A stretch of DNA of 64,000 nucleotides from NCBI RefSeq assembly GCF_037042905.1, contig NC_087245.1, positions 6,326,001-6,390,000 of the forward strand. The letters run 5' to 3'. A model generated the notes under the pieces. The model was not told the DNA's origin. It saw nothing but the letters and a program-made list of their open reading frames with translations, and did not search any database. This document shows positions 60,001 through 64,000 of this stretch, piece after piece. The number at the start of each line of letters is the position of its first letter. The first letter of the stretch is position 1. The stretch comes from Lytechinus pictus. Its lineage: Eukaryota. A program made the position numbers and the translations under genes.

Positions 60001-62878
60001 TTTATATATAGACAATAGATCTTTATAAAGAGATAACAGATCTTTATATGTAGACAATAGATCTTTATAAAGAGATAACAGATCTTTATATGTAGACAAT
60101 GATCTTTATAAAGAGATAACAGATCTTTATATGTAGACAATGATCTTTATAAAGAGATAACAGATCTTTATATGTAGACAATGATCTTTATAAAGAGATA
60201 ACAGATCTTTATATGTAGACAATGATCTTTATAAAGAGATAACAGATCTTTATATGTAGACAATGATCTTTATAAAGAGATAACAGATCTTTATATGTAG
60301 ACAATGATCTTTATAAAGAGATAACAGATCTTTATATGTAGACAATGATCTTTATAAAGAGATAACAGATCTTTATATGTAGACAATGATCTTTATAAAG
60401 AGATAACAGATCTTTATATGTAGACAATGATCTTTATAAAGATATAACAGATCTTTATATGTAGACAATGATCTTTATAAAGAGATAACAGATCTTTATA
60501 TGTAGACAATAGATCTTTATAAAGATAGAGATAACAGATCTTTATATATAGACAATAGATCTTTATAAAGAGATAACAGATCTTTATATGTAGACAATAG
60601 ATCTTTATAAAGAGATAACAGATCTTTATATGTAGACAATGATCTTTATAAAGAGATAACAGATCTTTATATGTAGACAATGATCTTTATAAAGAGATAA
60701 CAGATCTTTATATGTAGACAATGATCTTTATAAAGAGATAACAGATCTTTATATGTAGACAATGATCTTTATAAAGAGATAACAGATCTTTATATGTAGA
60801 CAATGATCTTTATAAAGAGATAACAGATCTTTATATGTAGACAATGATCTTTATAAAGAGATAACAGATCTTTATATGTAGACAATGATCTTTATAAAGA
60901 GATAACAGATCTTTATATGTAGACAATGATCTTTATAAAGAGATAACAGATCTTTATATATAGACAATAGATCATTATAAAGAGATAACAGATCTTTATA
61001 TGTAGACAGTAGATCATTATAAAGAGATAACAGATCTTTATATGTAGACAATGATCTTTATAAAGAGATAACAGATCTTTATATGTAGACAATGATCTTT
61101 ATAAAGAGATAACAGATCTTTATATGTAGACAATGATCTTTATAAAGAGATAACAGATCTTTATATGTAGACAATGATCTTTATAAAGAGATAACAGATC
61201 TTTATATGTAGACAATGATCTTTATAAAGAGATAACAGATCTTTATATATAGACAATAGATCATTATAAAGAGATAACAGATCTTTATATGTAGACAATG
61301 ATCTTTATAAAGAGATAACAGATCTTTATATATAGACAATAGATCATTATAAAGAGATAACAGATCTTTATATGTAGACAATGATCTTTATAATACATGT
61401 ACCTACATCTGTTTAATGGGTCAGCCCAATGAACGTTCTGCTCAGAAAAATAGATGGGGGGGGGTCCAATCATTGTAAGACACAATCTGAGCTCTGTCTG
61501 ATCAAAACCATTCTGGTGCCACTCAAAATATAGGTATTTTTTTTCCCTGTCAAAATAATTGGCAATCCTGGTGGTGTTTCATAAAGCAGTTCATAAAGTT
61601 ACGCACAACTTTACGTACATGTATGACTGGAACATGACCGATCTTAGGTGCTAAGTGAGCTACATAGGGATAATGTGGCACAAGAAAGGTCACCAGTTGT
61701 GCGTAAAGTCTTGCCTAACTTTACGTACAGCTTTATGAAACACCCACCTGGGGACTGCTTCATGAATGTTGTCAGCACTAACAAGTTGTCTTCCTCAGAC
61801 AGTTACCGTAGTAACAGTCAGAGGCAAGTGCTTCTCAGCCAATCAAATGCAAGGATTTCACTAAAATAGTCAGCACTGACAATTTAGTCAGTGCTGACAA
61901 CTTTCATGAAACACCCACCAGTTGACAAAAGTCAAAACGTACATTTGACAGGAGCTATCCACACATGCAGAGCCCCCTTGGGTTAGGTACCGATGAACAC
62001 ACTCTACAGGATATATGCATAGTTAAATTCCAATCATGTTTTGGTGTTGTGTAGATAATGGACAGTGCCTGGAAACAACAGCTACAACCAGGTGTACTCA
62101 GAAAACTTACTTTGAGAGTGATGATGAGGAGGCCTTTGCACAATGGGTCCAGGAGCAATGTAGTCCACTTCAAGATTACTTCTTTGCAGATTGTCAGGTC
62201 AGTAACTCACAAATACTTTCAGGACAAATTTGATATTGATACTAAATAAGGAATGTATTGGCATTGAAAAATAATCCATGGGTCTGTTACATAATTGCAA
62301 GTGTATGATTCTCAGCAGTAGTGATGTTGCAGCTACCAATCATTGCCAATTGCAAGATCACATCTGAATCATTTGTACTAAACTAGTAAAACCTATTAAC
62401 GAAACATCGATACCTGTTCATGAATCTTATCCTTTTTATTAATGCCTGGATGGGCCTACTTCATCTTTCAATTCTCTAGTCTATATGCATCTTATTAATA
62501 TCAAATAATTTTCTTTTATAGTGGTACTGGAAGTGCGCCACTGAATAGGCAACTAGATTGATCGGCGCCTCATAAATGCTATATATTACTGGAAGGGAAA
62601 AATACTATCATGATATATGTCCTAAATGAATGATTTATTTCAGTTCACAGGGAAATAAATTTCCTCTTTTTCTTGGACACACTGTAGTGATGAAAGTATT
62701 CCATTTGTTTTATCCTTCAAACAGATAGATAATGAGGCATTTGTCATTGCTTGTGAGGAAGAAGTCTGTGAGTGTGCAATGCGTGATGAAAGTTGTAGGT
62801 GTGCTTCATTCGCTGCTTTTGCTTTAGAGTGTGCTCGGAATGGAACCGTGGTGCCCTGGAGGTCCCATTTTTCTTGCC
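53926..62878 (+). CDS. Secreted VWD-C8 domain protein (gel-forming mucin / VWF / otogelin / SCO-spondin-like), 5' part, continues beyond window
   Basis: join(53926..54014,54281..54336,57379..57513,58069..58252,59195..59565,62055..62197,62725..>62878), phases consistent. Signal peptide MGKSTYCLIFLIIVLFFTEYSDA; VWD motifs CNVW...YRTFDGRFFSFNGQCTYLL and GLCGLYDGDPTNDF...FGQFW; C8 motif C...C.C...C.CASFAAFALECARNG...WR...C. Confidence 0.9.
54281..54336 (+). CDS. VWD gene exon 2 (PDYSFFSSSGDRKLIFNN)
   Basis: Strong T-tract CAG acceptor, GTAAGT donor; bridges phase 2 to phase 1. Confidence 0.75.
55561..56530 (+). mobile_element. Helentron/HINE-like element family B, 5 internal repeats
   Basis: Near-identical to 25398-26183 plus one extra unit. 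Confidence 0.8.
57085..57230. repeat. (ATT/ATC)n low-complexity tract
   Basis: Direct reading. Confidence 0.75.
57379..57513 (+). CDS. VWD gene exon 3: RGKR furin-like site and Thr/Pro/Ser-rich linker
   Basis: Open frame AFKRVARAASHRGKRSSNINHTTTISPPTT..., phase 1-1. Confidence 0.78.
58069..58252 (+). CDS. VWD gene exon 4: N-terminal half of VWD domain
   Basis: CNVWSQSQYRTFDGRFFSFNGQCTYLLV. Confidence 0.93.
59195..59565 (+). CDS. VWD gene exon 5: C-terminal half of VWD domain
   Basis: GLCGLYDGDPTNDF and FGQFW; overlaps track ORF 59229..59603. Confidence 0.93.
59560..61392 (+). repeat. 41/42-bp minisatellite (two ~21-bp AGATCT-type subunits) starting at the VWD exon 5 donor
   Basis: AAAGAGATAACAGATCTTTATATGTAGACAAT(A)GATCTTTAT, about 44 copies. 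Confidence 0.97.
61571..61918. mobile_element. Two adjacent CWG-flanked MITEs (Harbinger-like)
   Basis: CTG|GTGGTGTTTCATAAAG...CTTTATGAAACACCCAC|CTG|GGGACTGCTTCATGAA...TTCATGAAACACCCAC|CAG; same family at 27894-29100. Confidence 0.65.
62055..62197 (+). CDS. VWD gene exon 6: linker and start of C8
   Basis: QCSPLQDYFFADCQ; phase 1-0. Confidence 0.87.
62725..62878 (+). CDS. VWD gene exon 7: C8 domain
   Basis: ACEEEVCECAMRDESCRCASFAAFALECARNGTVVPWRSHFSC; GTAAGT donor. Confidence 0.93.
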
Positions 62879-64000
62879 GTAAGTAAAATGAAATATTGAC
62901 ATGCAAACCTAGTGTGTTTCAATAAAAAAGTTTACACTCTGAAAAGTGTTTTAATTATTTCATTTTCGGACTAACGAACCTTATTTCGTTTTCAGAAAAA
63001 CGAACCTTCGGAATTACGAAATTCAACCTAATTTCGTTTTCGGATTAACGAACCTTCGGAATTAATTGAAATATTTACAACATCGGGATATTTTTCAGGT
63101 ATATACATGGGTCTCAGTCTTTTCTATCAGATATAAGTATGAATATGACCAGGATTTTCCAAGGGGGCACATTTTCTGGGGAAAAATTTGAAAAGCAAAA
63201 GAAAGTTTTTACCCCAAATTAGAATATTTTGTCCCCCAAAAAAGATATTGGCAAGCAAAGGCATAAAAAGCAAAATCACCATTTTTGAACAGGCGAAAAC
63301 AAACACACTGTGCTGTACCTGTTTCATAGTTTTATTGCATTTTTTAAAACATGGAAATCAAATTGATACATTGCAACTTGTTTGAACAACTTTGGTATCA
63401 ACATGAACAGTTTAATCCCAGGTTTCTAGCTTGTTTGTGCCTGCTACAAAATCTGAGGACATAAAATCAATGTAAACAAGAGTTCATTTCAGACATCTTC
63501 AGCATTTTTGTTGATTATTTTGATCCTTTACATTTCATACATCATTTTAAGTTATTTTTCGGTCTATTCCTACCCAAGCATGACTTAAAGGGGAAAAAAT
63601 TAAACCTATTTCATGCCGGCTATCCATAAAGCAGATATATCATGGAGGACGGGGGGATAGGCTTGTGGGAATGTATTGGACAACACAAAAATATAATCAA
63701 ATCAATCTTGTTAGATAAAATACACATACTTGGTATTACTTAACCGTTCCATTATCCATTTTATTACTTTTTACGTAAGTTATTTTTCTCAAGCATTTTT
63801 AAAGTATGGCATTCTCATTAAAGCAGAAAATTTGTTGGTAGCCATTATTGTCATTCTACTGAAGAGACTTGCACCAATATAAAGATGTTGAGAAAGTTTC
63901 ATGATATTACAAACATTTCATTTTATAGGATTTTTTTTCGATGTGTAAATTTTTTATACATACTGTAGTGATACTGATCCAGTAGATTCCTCTATCTCTC

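Noticed and set aside
59531..61485. Minus-strand repetitive ORFs (STYKDLLSLYNDLL..., CLHIKICYLFI...)
   Set aside because: Translation artefacts of the 41/42-bp intronic minisatellite.
62966..63065. AACGAACCTT short repeats
   Set aside because: Likely a transposon subterminal fragment; too short to classify.

Overview
Repeat-rich, intron-containing animal genomic DNA. The repeat types suggest an invertebrate deuterostome such as a sea urchin, but that is inference. It is not prokaryotic and has no CRISPR or operon-type system. Two + strand genes can be rebuilt by hand with consistent splice phases. (1) A complete MCM9 DNA helicase gene: 17 coding exons from 17328 to 39104, 3555 nt, 1184 aa, with one U12-type (minor spliceosome) intron and a candidate E2F/CHR promoter and non-coding first exon near 8.3 kb. 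(2) The 5' part of a secreted VWD-C8 protein of the mucin/VWF/otogelin/SCO-spondin class: 7 exons from 53926 to 62878, continuing past the window. The rest is nested transposon debris (non-autonomous DNA elements with 2-8 bp target duplications, Helentron/HINE-like elements, an RNase H-bearing LINE relic, an L2-like RT relic, tRNA-derived SINEs) and satellites. The most unusual features are three independent tandem repeats that each start at an exon/5' splice donor junction, the U12 intron, a decayed copy of the VWD gene's signal-peptide exon, a ~560 bp inverted duplication downstream of MCM9, and a tRNA-like fold with a TCA anticodon. I found no convincing new multi-gene system. All coordinates were read by eye and no database searches were run.
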